Below are positions 12,111 to 24,639 of a stretch of DNA of 64,000 nt, in pieces. The stretch's first letter is position 1. Each line of letters opens with the position of its first letter. Both the position numbers and the translations under genes were made by a program. The notes beneath the pieces are model-generated. The model saw nothing but the letters and a program-made list of their open reading frames with translations, was not told the DNA's origin and ran no database searches. This DNA comes from Heteronotia binoei (taxonomy: Eukaryota): assembly GCF_032191835.1 (NCBI RefSeq), contig NC_083233.1, positions 10,850,001-10,914,000 on the forward strand. Direction: 5' to 3'.

Positions 12111-15100
12111 GAACCCTAATGGGGCAGAGGCCTGAACCCCTAAAATTCCCCTACAATTATCTCTTGCCTTGCCCATCTTTTAGATGGAAAGAAAAGGTCA
12201 GATTTTGCGTGCATTTACAGGAAGATAAAAGGTTTCCCCAAGAAAGTAGCAGCGCTAGAGTTCATTGTGCTTTTTGTGCACTTGGTCAGGTTCACAGCAT
12301 CACAGCATCAACCCTGTGACCAAATTCAATGGTCACAATATGATTATATTGTTCAGGGGACAAAGTATACAACTTGGAATTGAGAAGGGCAGAGTTCAAC
12401 GCCAAGAAAGGCAGCTGTACAAGTTTGAAGCCATCTTCCCATCCTTGCAAGAGGTACAGATCACCACCAAAAAAAGTGGGAAATTAATTACTGCAGGTTC
12501 GTTACTGACAGAGGAGACAGAAAATACGAAGGAACATGAGGCTGTTGCCGCAGTGACAAGGGAAGTCAGCAAATGACTATGAATGGCAATCTGTAAATAT
12601 TTTGCAGAGATGAACAGATTCCTTCAGCTCAGCTCCAGTGAGGAATGTTTTCTTTCCTAACCCGGGGGAGGGGGGGGGGGCTTTGCTCCAACAAATTTCA
12701 CAAAACTCTGATGAGCAGACCTCATGACTGAAGGGAAGATGTTGCTGCCTATTCCCTCAGCGCCCGTGGACAAAGGAAAGAAAAATCTTAAGTCCCACGG
12801 GTTAAGCATTTCTGACACAATGATGCGCAGGTGTTTTCCCTCACTTTCACCATGCATGTCCTTTGTCATTCTGCATTTATTTCCCTCCCTTCAGTGCTCA
12901 GTTTGCTTTCTGGTCACTGCTTCCCAGGGTTTTCTGAGAGTGCTTTTGTGCCAATTTGTCCCTTGTTTCACTTCCAAGCCAAAGATAACTTAAAAGTATA
13001 CAGATCCCCTCAGATTTCCCCCTGCCCTTTTGCCACCCCAGAAGGTCACTCCCCTGCCCACACTGAGGTTGTTCCATTCTTTCTGCCATTCTCCCTACTT
13101 CATCAGTGTGCAAGCTCCATTCCCCCCAGTTCTTAAATGGTTTTAACAAGGGGCGTGAGTCTAGCAATATGAGACTATTGCTAGTCTTGGAATGCTGAAT
13201 ACAAAAATTAAAGAGGGTGGGGGAGTTTAAAAAGAGCTGTGTGAGGGTTAGTTCCCTGCTGGTACTGACTTGAAAGGGGAATCAGAAAGGAGGCAAATGG
13301 CAGCACCCTCAGTGCAAAAGAAAAAGAAAAAAGGGGATTTCAGGGCTGCATGCAAACATAAAATAAAGGGGGGGGATCATCAGCACAGAATGAAATTGAC
13401 ATGAGATGGAGAGAGAGAGGCAGAGAGGGACAGAGAGACTGACTGGGATGGAAAGCCTAAAGCTTTGAAAACCTTTTCCCCCTTAAAGCTTTAGTGAATT
13501 AAGGGGGGGGGGATTTGGGGGGGGCAGTTTGGCAATATCGGAAAGCCTAACATTAAAATGGTGACTGAGCCACATGGACCATCTGCAAATCACCAAATTT
13601 AAGAATCACTTGGAATCCATCCATTTGGAGGACAGAGTACAATCCACACAGAACAGGCTCTAAAAAAACTGCTAAGATCACAACCGGTGTGCAGGTTTAA
13701 ATTAAAGAATTACAACGAGAAAACCACACAAATTTGCAAGGAAGAGCAAGAAATTAACGTTACTATGCAGCTGCACTACAGCACTGGCAAAAATACCCCC
13801 CCTTTTCCAATTTTGTGGTACGCGTCTAAAAGAGTTCCTCAGCACTTCTGTCAGAGGACTCCTCCCCCATACAAACTGAAGCCCTGTGCAAACATAGCGG
13901 AGTTGCAGCCAACTTTGCACAGATGCACACTGCCACCAATCACAGCTTGCAATGCCAGCGTCAGTGGGATCTGCTTTGTATTCTGTACACTCAAAATATT
14001 GTGTGACTTTCCCCCATTTTTCACAGTGGCCAATAACACAGTCGAGAACCCCCTGGTGCTCAGCAATATGGAAAGTGGGACTTCACAGCTGCTTGTCGGT
14101 TTTTTTAAAAAGTCTAGTCAGCTTCAACATGGGGTTTTCTCCCTTTGCCTGCACTCTCTTCTGTTCCCTTCCATTGAGCTAACACTAAAATGCATATACA
14201 AAACCTGAACCATGAGGGTTTAAACAGAAGGTGCTTGCTAGACGCTACTTTGCGGCTGTGATGGGGCAATTGTGTGATTATTATTTTTTTAAAAAACCTT
14301 TGGACCCCCCCCCCCCCCCCCGCACATCATAAATGACACCCTACCCTGATTTAGAAAAGTGCATTTTAAAAATTGTAGCTGCAGAATAAATACACTGGAG
14401 GAAAAACAGTGGTGTTAAGGCAGGCACAGAATCTGAAGTCAAGATTAAAGGTTACCTGCTCTAAAAATCTGCAGGAAGGTGTACATGCGTAATGCACCGA
14501 TGAAATAGAAGCACTTTTGAAAGTAGTCTTTATGTGTCAAAGAACCTTAAAAATGTTGTTCAGGCTGGTTAAAAGGCACCTCAATTATATTTGCTTGTAC
14601 TGCAGAAAGTGTACATTTTTTCATGCCATAGTTCCTTTCTATACTACACAGTATGCTTCTCAGCACAGTTCTGAAGGGATTTCTTTGTTGGTTTTTGTTC
14701 CTGTTTTAAAGTGCATGGATGAGTTTTTCCTGGGATCCTTGAATGGGGGGCATAGAAGCATGCGCTTACGGGACTTTAAAGAAAAATCCCCCCATGTTCA
14801 CAACTGACACAAACACCAGAACAATCAAAGATATTGGGGAGCGCAAATCCATCCTGCGATTGTTTATCAGATCTCCCACGGATCTTCTTGCTCCAAGGAG
14901 CAACCTGATGTGGGAAGACTACAATTCAGTTGAAAAATTCACCCTAACAGGATTTTACTATCATCCCTATTTTGCTTAAGCATGCATATTAAGATCTGAA
15001 TCTTGTTAAATCTAACAATGAAATCACTACAGCACCATCAAGTGGTTAACTCATTGGTGTGATGTACACACACGCAAAAAGTTGCAGATGAGGACCACAA

Positions 15101-15203
15101 AGCAAGCGGATATGCCACAGTTCAAGAGATCTGCACTCGTGTTTCTGCAATCTTAAATATAGTTAACATCTTTGGAGCAGAAGTTCACACTTGAATGGAA
15201 GCT

Positions 15204-15907
15204 GAAAGAAGATAGAAGATATTGCATTTATATCCCGCCCTCCACTCCGAATTTCAGAGTCTCAGAGCGGCTCACAATCTCCTTTATCTTCCTCCCCCAC
15301 AGGCCACAACAGACACCCTGTGAGGTGGGTGGGGCTGAGAGGGCTCTCAGCAGCTGCCCTTTCAAGGACAGAGTGTCAGAGTGGCCTACAACTCCTTTCC
15401 CTTCCTCCACAGCAACAGACACCCTGTGAGGTAGATGAAGATATTGGATTTATATCCCGCCCTCCACTCCGAAGAGTCTCAGAGCAGCTCACAATCTCCT
15501 TTACCTTCCTCCCCCACAACAGACACCCTGTGAGGTAGATGAAGATATTGGATTTATATCCCACCCTCCACTCCGAAGAGTCTCAGAGCGGCTCACAATC
15601 TCCTTTCCCTTCCTCCCCCACAACAGACACCCTGTGAGGTAGATGAAGATATTGGATTTATATCCCGCCCTCCACTCCGAAGAGTCTCAGAGCAGCTCAC
15701 AATCTCCTTTCCCTTCCTCCCCCACAACAGACACCCTGTGAGGTGGATGGGGCTGAGGGCTCTCACAGCAGCTGCCCTTTCAAGGACAACTTCTGCGAGA
15801 GCTATGGCTGACCCAAGGCCATTCCAGCAGGTGCAAGTGGAGGAGTGGGGAATCAAACCTGGTTCTTCCAGATAAGAGTCTGCACACTTAACCACTACAC
15901 CAAACTG
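15204..15907 (-). mobile_element. tRNA-headed CORE-SINE (Ther1/MIR-like, resembles Squam3) with tandem 104-bp tail units
   Basis: Pol III A box tggtgtagtgg and B box ggtttgattcc on minus strand; tail units start at 15437, 15541, 15645. Confidence 0.85.
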
Positions 15908-15984
15908 AAAGCTGGTGTGATGCAATGACTGGAGTTTGGGGACTAAGCAAAACTCAAATGGAAAAAGTCACATGCCAGATTTAG

Positions 15985-16170
15985 TCTACTGAATGGAGGA
16001 GGCTCGCCCAATCTTGGAAGTCAAGGAGGGTCAGTCCTAGTTAGTACTTGGATGGGAGACCAGCAAGGAAGTCCAGGTTCAAAACACAGAGGCAGGTAGT
16101 AGCAAACTACTTCTGAATATCTCTTGCCTTGAAAACCCTGGGGGGGGGTGGTCACAGTAAGTCAGCTCAC
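15985..16170 (+). mobile_element. 5S rRNA-derived SINE with Sauria-type tail
   Basis: ttagtacttggatgggagacc matches the 5S internal control region; related copies at 48845-48985 (-), 49650-49740 (+), 58722-58820 (-). Confidence 0.7.
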
Positions 16171-17029
16171 TCTCCGCCATGACCATGGAGAAGACTGCTG
16201 GGGCTCTGAACCAAGCCTTTGGAAATGCAGCAGCCTGTGCCATGGTCAACTGCGGAAGGCTCGGCTGATGGCGGCACCTCACCCTTGCAAGGGTAGTAGA
16301 CTGATCAGGTTGGTCTGCCTCTGGAGGCCTGAGGAGCCCACCTAATGGATGTTGCTGTGGAAAGTCCAGAGGAAGCTCTGCCAGCTGTGACAGACGGGCA
16401 TCTCCTGGCATCCTTCACACCTCCCTTGAAAAGAATCCCAGCACTGGCAGAAGAACTGGCTGTATTAAAATGGGCTAGTAGATGTCTGGTTGCGGGTGAG
16501 TAAGCTCAGGCTGAATCTGACCCTCAATGGAGGCCATGAGGTGGTGGTGGCAGCAGGCAAGAAATCAATGTTCTTTGCTACCACAACAATCACAGCCAGC
16601 ACAGTTTCTTAGATTATTTAAGCAACTGGCAGCCCCTAGGAGGAAGTCCTCAAACATCAGTGATCTGAGTATTTAGCTGTGATGTTGCTGAATAGCTCTT
16701 CATCAACAGATCTCTCAGATTCATTCTAACTAGATGCAAAATTGAAGAAGTGATAGAACTATCTGTGACACCATCTAGTTACAATTGTATGGATCAGTTC
16801 AGTTTAGTTTCCTTGACAAGATTCTGGGAGTTGTGATGGCCACTTGTTTAGATCCACACCTTTCTTGGCTTGCAAAATCTTACAGGGGGACACCAGGTCA
16901 CAAATGTCCCTCTAATGGAAGGGGTCTGAGTCCCGTGGACAAGGCGGTCATTACTCAAGAAGGCATCCTTAGATAAAAAGATCTTGGCTAATTACAGACC
17001 TCTTTTGGCCCTTCCCTTTTTAAGAAAAG

Positions 17030-17286
17030 GCTACTGAACAGCCAATGGCAGAGCAACTCCAAAAATATTTGGATGAGACATCTGCTTTTGACAGTTTTCA
17101 GTCTGGCTTCAAGGTTGGCTTCAGGACAGAAACAGCTCTAGTGGTACTGATGGACAACCTCTGTTTTCTGATGGTTAGAGGGAATGTGTCTCTTTTGTTC
17201 TAAGATCCATTGGCAGCCTTTGTTATGGTGGTCCATGCCACAGTGCTGAGGTACCTGGAAAGCGAGGTGATTCTGTGCAGAGCACT
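17030..17286 (+). mobile_element. Old L2 RT fragment, continuing at about 20091-20220 after the LTR element
   Basis: Translates to EQLQKYLDETSAFDSFQSGFKVGFRTETALVVLMDNL, an L2/CR1-group RT motif. Confidence 0.7.
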
Positions 17287-20085
17287 TGTCAAGTGTGCTC
17301 ATTTCTGGACCACATTTTACTATGTAGAGAGCATGCCATCAGCTCTCCAGCTCTTCCCCATTATTTACAACCCAGAGGGCATGTAGCAAAAACATCTGGC
17401 CCTGGGATGTTTATACTAGAGGCTGGCCGCTGGTATCTCCAAGCCGCCTCCCACCCCTGGTTTCACACAGACAACTCTTATCTCTTCACAGACAAGTGTG
17501 AGGTTTGATGTTTTCAATAGCCTAAGATTCCTTAGTAATAAAATAGATAGTTGCTTAGTAACCTTTGAACCTATGACTCAAGTATGCATATGTAATGTAA
17601 CCTTTGATGATATCCTATATAGCAACTTTGTAACTGTTGGGACTCCATTACTCCCAAGGCTTGTGTCTTTGGAAAAGCTCCTGAGTTTCTTACAATAACC
17701 TGTCTTTGATTTAAAACAAAAGAACTCTGTTATTGGGAAATATCAGCGATTGACATTTTGGGAGTAATCCCACCTGGGGACTTAACCAAAGTGGAAACTT
17801 TCTACCGTGATGGCGGAGAGGGCTCAAGATAACAGAGAGGCCCCTGACAACCCAGAACTGCCGGTTGGCGAGGATCAAGGCCCTGACACAGCCCCAAGGC
17901 AACCTCCGTGGCACATACTCGATGCCAGGAGGCCGGCTGGGAGAGGGTTCTCACTGCACATACAACGACTATTCATAACCCCAAAGGATTGGGGTCCCAG
18001 AAGGTCTACTAGCCTGATGAAGCACCCGCCCGGAGGGAAGTGATCTTAGCACTGCCCCCCACACACACACACAGATGGGGGACGACAGCAATCAAGGCAC
18101 ATCTGAGGCAAGCAGGGGTGACGGTCGAGAAGATCGGGGTACCGATCCGATCCCAGACGAGGAAGAGGAGGAACAAGATCCCGACCCACGGGACTTCCTC
18201 CAAATGATGAGGTTCGAAATAGTAGAGAACTCTCAGGGAGGAAATGCGAGCGAACAATGCCTTCATGACTCAAGAAGTGAGGAGGCAGCTCGATCAAGTG
18301 CTGCAACAACCAGCGCTGGTGTGTGTGTGGGGGGGACAACCATAACAGCCCCCACAACCCCAACCTCAGCAACCCCAACCACCACCACCGAGGCCAGTAG
18401 ATTACGGTAGGGGCTGAGAGTCGGATGCCACCTTCGACGGGTACCCCGAAGAGGTGGAATATTTTTCGATACAAGCTAGCAGCTTCATGTACTACCGGGG
18501 CACACCTTCCCCGATGAGTTCAACCGAGTGGATTACTTAGGATCCGAACTGAAAGGGGCTGCCAAGAGATGGTACGTGAGCCTCCATGAAACCCGAAGCC
18601 AGGAGCTAGATACGAAGACCCCTTACAAGAGACCCGAGTGCTGACGACTCTGAGAAACCTACAACAGGGGCCCAGGCGGTAAAGAGTATGCAGCAGAGTT
18701 TTGGGCCAACACCACCAAAGTACGGGGCTGGAGTGAACAGATGAAAATTGAGCAGTTCCAGAGGGGCCAGAATGCAAGCGTGCTGGATTGAGCCCTCCAA
18801 CAAGCTCGCCCTACTGGTGGGGTGGGTGCAACTGGCGGGAGAGGTAGAAGAAGATATTGGATTTATATCCCGCCCTCCACTCCGAAGAGTCTCAGAGCAG
18901 CTCACAATCTCCTTTCCCTCCCTCCCCCACAACAGACACCCTGTGAGGTTGATGAAGATATTGGATTTATATCCCGTCCTCCACTCCGAAGAGTCTCAGA
19001 GCGGCTCACAATCTCCTTTCCCTTCCTCCCCCACAACAGACACCCTGTGAGGTAGATGAAGATATTGGATTTATATCCCGCCCTCCACTCCGAAGAGTCT
19101 CAGAGCAGCTCACAATCTCCTTTCCCTCCCTCCCCCACAACAGACACCCTGTGAGGTAGATGAAGATATTGGATTTATATCCCGTCCTCCACTCCGAAGA
19201 GTCTCAGAGCGGCTCACAATCTCCTTTCCCTTCCTCCCCCACAACAGACACCCTGTGAGGTAGATGAAGATATTGGATTTATATCCCGCCCTCCACTCCG
19301 AAGAGTCTCAGAGCAGCTCACAATCTCCTTTCCCTCCCTCCCCCACAACAGACACCCTGTGAGGTGGGTGGGGCTGGAGAGGGCTCTCACAGCAGCTGCC
19401 CTTTCAAGGACAACCTCTGCCAGAGCTCTGGCTGACCCAAGGCCATGCCAGCAGGTGCAAGTGGAGGAGTAGGGAATCAAACCCGGTTCTCCCAGATAAG
19501 AGTCTGAACACTTAACCACTACACCAAACTGGCTCTCCAACCAGAGACCAACATGAAGAGAGTGGCTCCCCAGCGCCAACAGCAGCAAGGGAGTAAGGGG
19601 GGGACGTGAGTCTTGGCTGGGGGCAAAGGCGGAAGGGTGGAAGGCAGGCCAGTCCAGGGGAGCATCCAAACCACCCACCCCCCAGCACTGTTTTCGATGA
19701 GGAGACCCTAACCACATGGCTGCAAACTGCCCCGAGAGGCCTCGAGCCCCCCCGCCCCACTCTGAAGACAGCAGAGGGACGAGCGAAGGGCAGCTCGGCA
19801 TCTGCAACCCCACGGGAAGAGGAGATCATCGTCATCGACAAACTGGGATTAGAATCCTGGGAAGAAGAGCCAGTGGGAAATGGGAGCGACCTGCACTGAG
19901 CAGTGCCGAGCAGAAGGTCGTGGAACTAACCTTTGATGATATCCTATATAGCAACTGTGTAACTGTTTGTACCCCATTACTCCCAAGCATTGTGTCCTCG
20001 GCAAAGCTCCTGAGTTTCTTACAATAAACCTATCTTTGATTTAAAACAAAAGAACTCTGTTATTGGGAAATATCGGCACTTGACA
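17287..20085 (+). mobile_element. Internally deleted Ty3/Gypsy LTR retrotransposon (5' LTR 17287-17755; 3' LTR remnant 19927-20085; gag remnant about 18420-18620)
   Basis: TGTCAAGTG...CACTTGACA termini; perfect 5-bp TSD GCACT; 158-bp LTR overlap; frameshifted gag-like FDGYPEEVEYFSIQASSFMYY / FPDEFNRVDYLGSELKGAAKRWY. Confidence 0.85.
18846..19536 (-). mobile_element. CORE-SINE with five 104-bp tail units, inserted in the Gypsy element
   Basis: Units start at 18850, 18954, 19058, 19162, 19266. Confidence 0.88.
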
Positions 20086-20417
20086 GCACTGTTGAGCTAT
20101 CGGTGTGATAAAAATGACTGAAAGTAACAAAATGCTGCCATAAGGAGATGCTGAAGCATCCCCTTGGGAGATGACATGGGGGGACTGTCCCAAAGTTTTG
20201 AGTTTTATCTATGCTAGGCCCCTTAATGAGATCCTCCTGAGATCTGCAAGATATATCATTAACAGGCCACAAGATCATCAGCTGAATTGCTTCTAGCTTC
20301 AGGAATCTGGGGCCAAGATCATGAAAACATCAAAGAAAGGTGCTCACTCAAATTGCAACGGTCAAGGCTTCTACCTTATGACTACTGACTAGCAGCAACC
20401 CGAAATTCAAAGTAAAG

Positions 20418-20692
20418 AGGGCCAGTTTGGTGCAGTGGTTAGGAGCATGGACTCTAATCTGAGAGAACTGGGTTTGATTCCCCACTCCTTCACATTCACC
20501 AGCTGGTGTGACCTTGGGTCAATCACATGTTCTCTCAGAGCTGTTCTCTTAACAGCAGTTCTCAAAAGAGTTCTCTGAGCCCCATCTACTGCACAGGGTG
20601 TCTACTGTGGGGAAGAGAAGGGGAGGAGATTGCAAGCCACTCTGAGACTCCAAGTGAAGTCTTGGAGTATAAATCCAATCTCATCTTCTTCT
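20418..20692 (+). mobile_element. CORE-SINE, older copy, antisense to ALG13
   Basis: Head gccagtttggtgcagtggtt through tataaatccaatctcatcttcttct tail. Confidence 0.8.
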
Positions 20693-20905
20693 AAATAAAC
20701 TTATGCAAGGTTTTAAATGTATTTTCACCCAAAATGATGTCTGCCTGTGCCTTTTTTCCAGACTGATAGATGCATTCTGTGGAGTGATTTTTCCTTTACT
20801 GAAATGAGAATGGATTTGTTAAGAATTCCCTTCCTATGACCAGCTAGAAGGCACATTAATCCCCTCTTTGGAAACCAGAGGGCTTCAAACTCAGGCATGC
20901 CAATG

Positions 20906-21198
20906 GAAGAAGAAGAAGAAGAAGATGATGATGATATTGGATTTATATCCCGCCCTCCACTCCGAAGAGTCTCAGAGCGGCTCACAATCTCCTTTACCTT
21001 CCTCCCCACGACAGACACCCTGCGAGGTGGGTGGGGCTGAGAGGGCTCTCACAGCAGCTGCCCTTTCAAGGACAACCTCTGCCAGAGCTATGGCTGACCC
21101 AAGGCCATGCTAGCAGGTGCAAGTGGAGGAGTGGGGAATCAATCCCGGTTCTCCCAGATAAGAGTCCGCGCACTTAACCACTACACCAAACTGGCTCT
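20906..21198 (-). mobile_element. CORE-SINE
   Basis: Full-length copy with (gaa)n(gat)n tail. Confidence 0.85.
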
Positions 21199-21409
21199 CC
21201 AGTGGTTTCTGGATATGGTTTCTCTAAGAAAACAGCCTTTCCTTCATGCCAAGAATGAATGTTTTCATGCCATCCTCTTACTTTTTGAAGAAAGCAACTC
21301 TGTTAAGCCTCTGAATGCCAGTGCTGGGAGGCATCATCAGGGAAGGCCTTGGCCTCTAGGACATGTTTGTTGACCCTATGGAGCAACTGGTTGACCACTG
21401 TGTTAGACA

Positions 21410-21693
21410 GAGGAAGAAAAGATTGGATTTATACCCCACCCTTCACTACCTGAAAGAGCCTCAGAGCGGCTTACAGTCATCTTTCCCTTCCCCTCCCCAC
21501 AATGGACACCCTGTGAGGTAGGTGGGGCTGAGAGAGTTCTCACAGAGTGTCTACTACCCTTTCAAGGACAGCTCTGCCAGAGCTCTGGCTGACCGAAGGC
21601 CATTCCAGCAGCTGCAAGTGGAGGAGTGGGGAATCAAATCTGGTCCTCCCAGTTAAGAGTCCGCCCACTTAACCACTACACCGAACTGGCTCT
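21410..21693 (-). mobile_element. CORE-SINE, diverged copy
   Basis: Same head, body and tail organisation. Confidence 0.75.
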
Positions 21694-21855
21694 CTACACC
21701 AAACCGGCTGCTGGACTACATGGACCATTGGTTTGATCCAGCAGGACACTTCTTATGTTCAGTGTGCATCAACTGCTTTGGGTGCCATCTTGTATGATGT
21801 TGTTACCAGTCTTTTGGGTGAACTTAATTGACTTAGCAGACGCTATGGTTTAAAT

Positions 21856-22434
21856 CAGGGATGTCAAACATGTTGCCCAGGGGCCAAATCAGGCCCCCGG
21901 AGGGCTTCTATCAGGCCCCCAAGCAACTGGCTTTCATCTGCTTCCTTCTTCCTCTCTCTTGCTTCCTTCTGCATCACAGCTTGCTTTGCAAGGCTAGCTC
22001 AATCGCACAGGAGCTACAGAACAAAGCCTCTATTTTCTCCATTGGCTGAGGCTCCTCCATTGGGGAGGAAGGGGGGGAGCACTTGCTTTCCCAGGTTCTC
22101 CCAATCACACAGCAGAGCTACTGAGCCAAGCCTCTCTTCCTTCTATTGGCTGAAGTTCCTCCCTCTCCTGGCCCCCTGGGGAAGGAAGGAACGAGCCAGA
22201 GCTTCCTTTGCCCAGTTCCCTGGATCTCATGGGAGAAGTACAAAGAAAGCTCCTTTAAGACCGAATGCTGTTTTAAATCTTTTTTAAAAAAATCTTTAAT
22301 TATGTTTGTCTGTGTTCTTTAAAAAGTTTATATCTCTGCTACCTAATCTTAAATAGGTACACACGTGGCCCGGCCTGACAAGGTCTCATTTATGTCATAT
22401 TTGGCTCTCATAACAAATGAGTTCAACACCCCTG
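21856..22434. mobile_element. Non-autonomous hAT element
   Basis: TIRs cagggatgtcaaac / gttcaacacccctg; perfect 8-bp TSD gtttaaat. Confidence 0.85.
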
Positions 22435-22539
22435 GTTTAAATGAAAACAAGCTGTTTTGTGGGTTACTGGCAGAAGGACCTACGCCTCTTTCACCAAAGA
22501 CAGCTAAGCAAAAGGAAGGGAGATGCCTGGTGTTTGCAA

Positions 22540-22995
22540 TACTTAGATCCGAGTCGAGTAGTGCCTTGGAGACTAGCAAGATTTCTGGGATATAAAGCTT
22601 CTGAGAGTCGAAGCTCCCTTCTTCAGATACGAGTTGGAATGGAGATCCGCATCTTTATATCGCTGCCAGAAGGTGGGAAGGATGTTGCAAAGAAGGTACT
22701 CAGAGGCACAATGCCCACTGCAGTAAGCTTGCTTAGAACAGAGGGGAAAGCCTCGACTCCAATCAAGCCGATTACAATATGCACTCTCTCTTCGTATCCC
22801 GAGTTCCTTCTTTGCAGCACCCTCCCCGCTCACTTGATTGGGATAAAAAGATGTAGAGCTCCATTCCTCCTCCTATCTGACAAAGGGAGCTTTGACTCTT
22901 GAGAGCGCATGCCCTGGAAATCTTGAAGGTCTCTGTAAGGTGCTCCTGGACTCCAGTATAGCTGTTCTACTGCAAACCAACATGGCCACCCTCTG
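22540..22995. mobile_element. Inverted pair of Penelope-type terminal repeats with decayed hammerhead cores
   Basis: Minus copy CTGAAGA-A-GGGAG-cttcga-CTCT-c-AGAAGCT at about 22591-22630; plus copy CTGACAA-A-GGGAG-ctttga-CTCT from 22877. Confidence 0.5.
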
Positions 22996-23289
22996 AAAGT
23001 ATTTTGCAGTGTGAGGGTATGTCAATGACACTGGCCGCTGCCCCAACAATATCAGCAGATGGTGCAATTTCATTTCTGAAATGACATATTTGACTGTTAT
23101 GGTCACCTCATTAAAAAAAAGTTAAAATCTTCATTTAGTGAAGCCATTTTCTACATTTGGGGGGGGGGGGGTGGAATTGCTGCATGTAGTATAGAAAAAG
23201 TTAGTTTAGTTTTTAACTACCATTACACTTGATCGTAGCCAAAAGGCCAAGAAGCAGTAGCAGCTGCTTCCTGGTTGGGAACTTGGCTT

Positions 23290-23500
23290 AGTCCAATTGG
23301 AACAGGCTTCCTCAGGAGGTGGTGGGCTCTCCTTCCTTGGAAGTTTTTAAACAGAGGCTGGATCTGACAGCAATGGATCTGGATCTGACAGCAATGAGGA
23401 TCCTGTGCATTTAGGGGGAGATGTTTGTGAGTTTCCTGCATTGTGCAGGGGGTTGGACTAGATGACCCTGGAGGTCCCTTCCAACTCTATGATTCTATGA
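23290..23500 (+). mobile_element. CR1 3' end
   Basis: Ends gatgaccctggaggtcccttccaactctatgattctatga; same subfamily as 54324-55150. Confidence 0.8.
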
Positions 23501-24639
23501 ATCAAAGCTTGCTATATTAAATCAGAGCCTAAATTCCAGGGGCCCACTGGAAAAATCCTTGTTAATTGTACGAAGCCGGTTATTTTAAAAAGATTGGGCT
23601 ATGCTAAAACTCAAAACAGACTGGAAATGCTCTCCTATTTACTTCCATTTATCTTATCAGAAAATGTCTGAATTACCTATATATCTCTTGTATTTAACAA
23701 TTCCAAAATACTGATGTTCTTTCCTATTACTTAAATGCAAGGTGCTGCCTTCCACTGAGACGAAGAGCCGCTTCAGCCGAACCCCTTCTGAGAAATGCTT
23801 CTGTATTTATTGTAAGGCTCAAGCTGGCTCAATTGCCCTTCTCCCTTCTTACCTGTTCTCCCCCCCCCCCCCTTATATTTCACTTTGTAACTCATCTATT
23901 ACTCCCTGGACTGATCACCTTCAGAATATTTCTGAACAAAAGAAGCTAAAGATATCATCGTCACGCAAGGTTTAAAAAATGCACATGTGACTTAGGCATT
24001 ATATCTATCAAGTCACAAATCATTTCTAAAACATTCCGACGTATGGCTTGTAGGCTGTTAAGTTACAGGGAAAGGAAAGGAAATGCCATTACAGATTGCA
24101 GCAGTCTGAGCCCCAGAGGGAAGGCAAACAAACCAGAAAATGCCATAAGTACCCCCAATCATCATCTAATTAAACATGCAAAAACTGGCACAACAAACAT
24201 TTGGTGAGCCACTTGCCAGCAGAGCTTTTCTTTTATTTTAACAGACTTCAAGAAAACAAGCCTCAGACAAGGAGCAAATCTGGAGTCCCGGGGCACGTAG
24301 CTGACATCAGTTCCACCCCAACAGGGAACCAAACACACCTGATAAAGGCTGCTTCAGCTCTCATTGGAAGAGAACCCCTTTGAACCACTCCCGTTGGGCA
24401 GATGAAGCAGGGAATTCCCTACCCATCCCTCAACAGCAGCCAATCCACTTTCTAGCACCCAGGAGATCAACTAGAAATTTGAGGGGGGCGGAGTCTTGAT
24501 GCAAAACTGGTGCCTGTAGGCAAAGCAGCCACACACCCCCTCCAGCATCAGCTTAAGAGCCATCCTCCTTATCGCTAGGGAGGGGCCCACTGTGATGCTG
24601 CAGACACACAACAGGTCCCTCTTCTGGAAAACAAACATG

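Noticed and set aside
13687-14208. 173-aa ORF on the + strand
   Set aside because: Non-ATG start, no recognisable domain, no splice context; consistent with a chance ORF.
15985-16075. 5S rRNA gene
   Set aside because: Partial, diverged and fused to a SINE tail.
18850-19370. Regular repeat arrays that could be taken for CRISPR (also 15437-15745, 54324-55150)
   Set aside because: Units are contiguous with no unique spacers, derive from SINE or CR1 3' ends, and there are no cas genes; the DNA is vertebrate.
19214-19813. 199-aa ORF and the many SINE-spanning ORFs (ETLRSGGRDINPISS, QQTPCEV)
   Set aside because: Read-through of repeat sequence recurring in every SINE copy.
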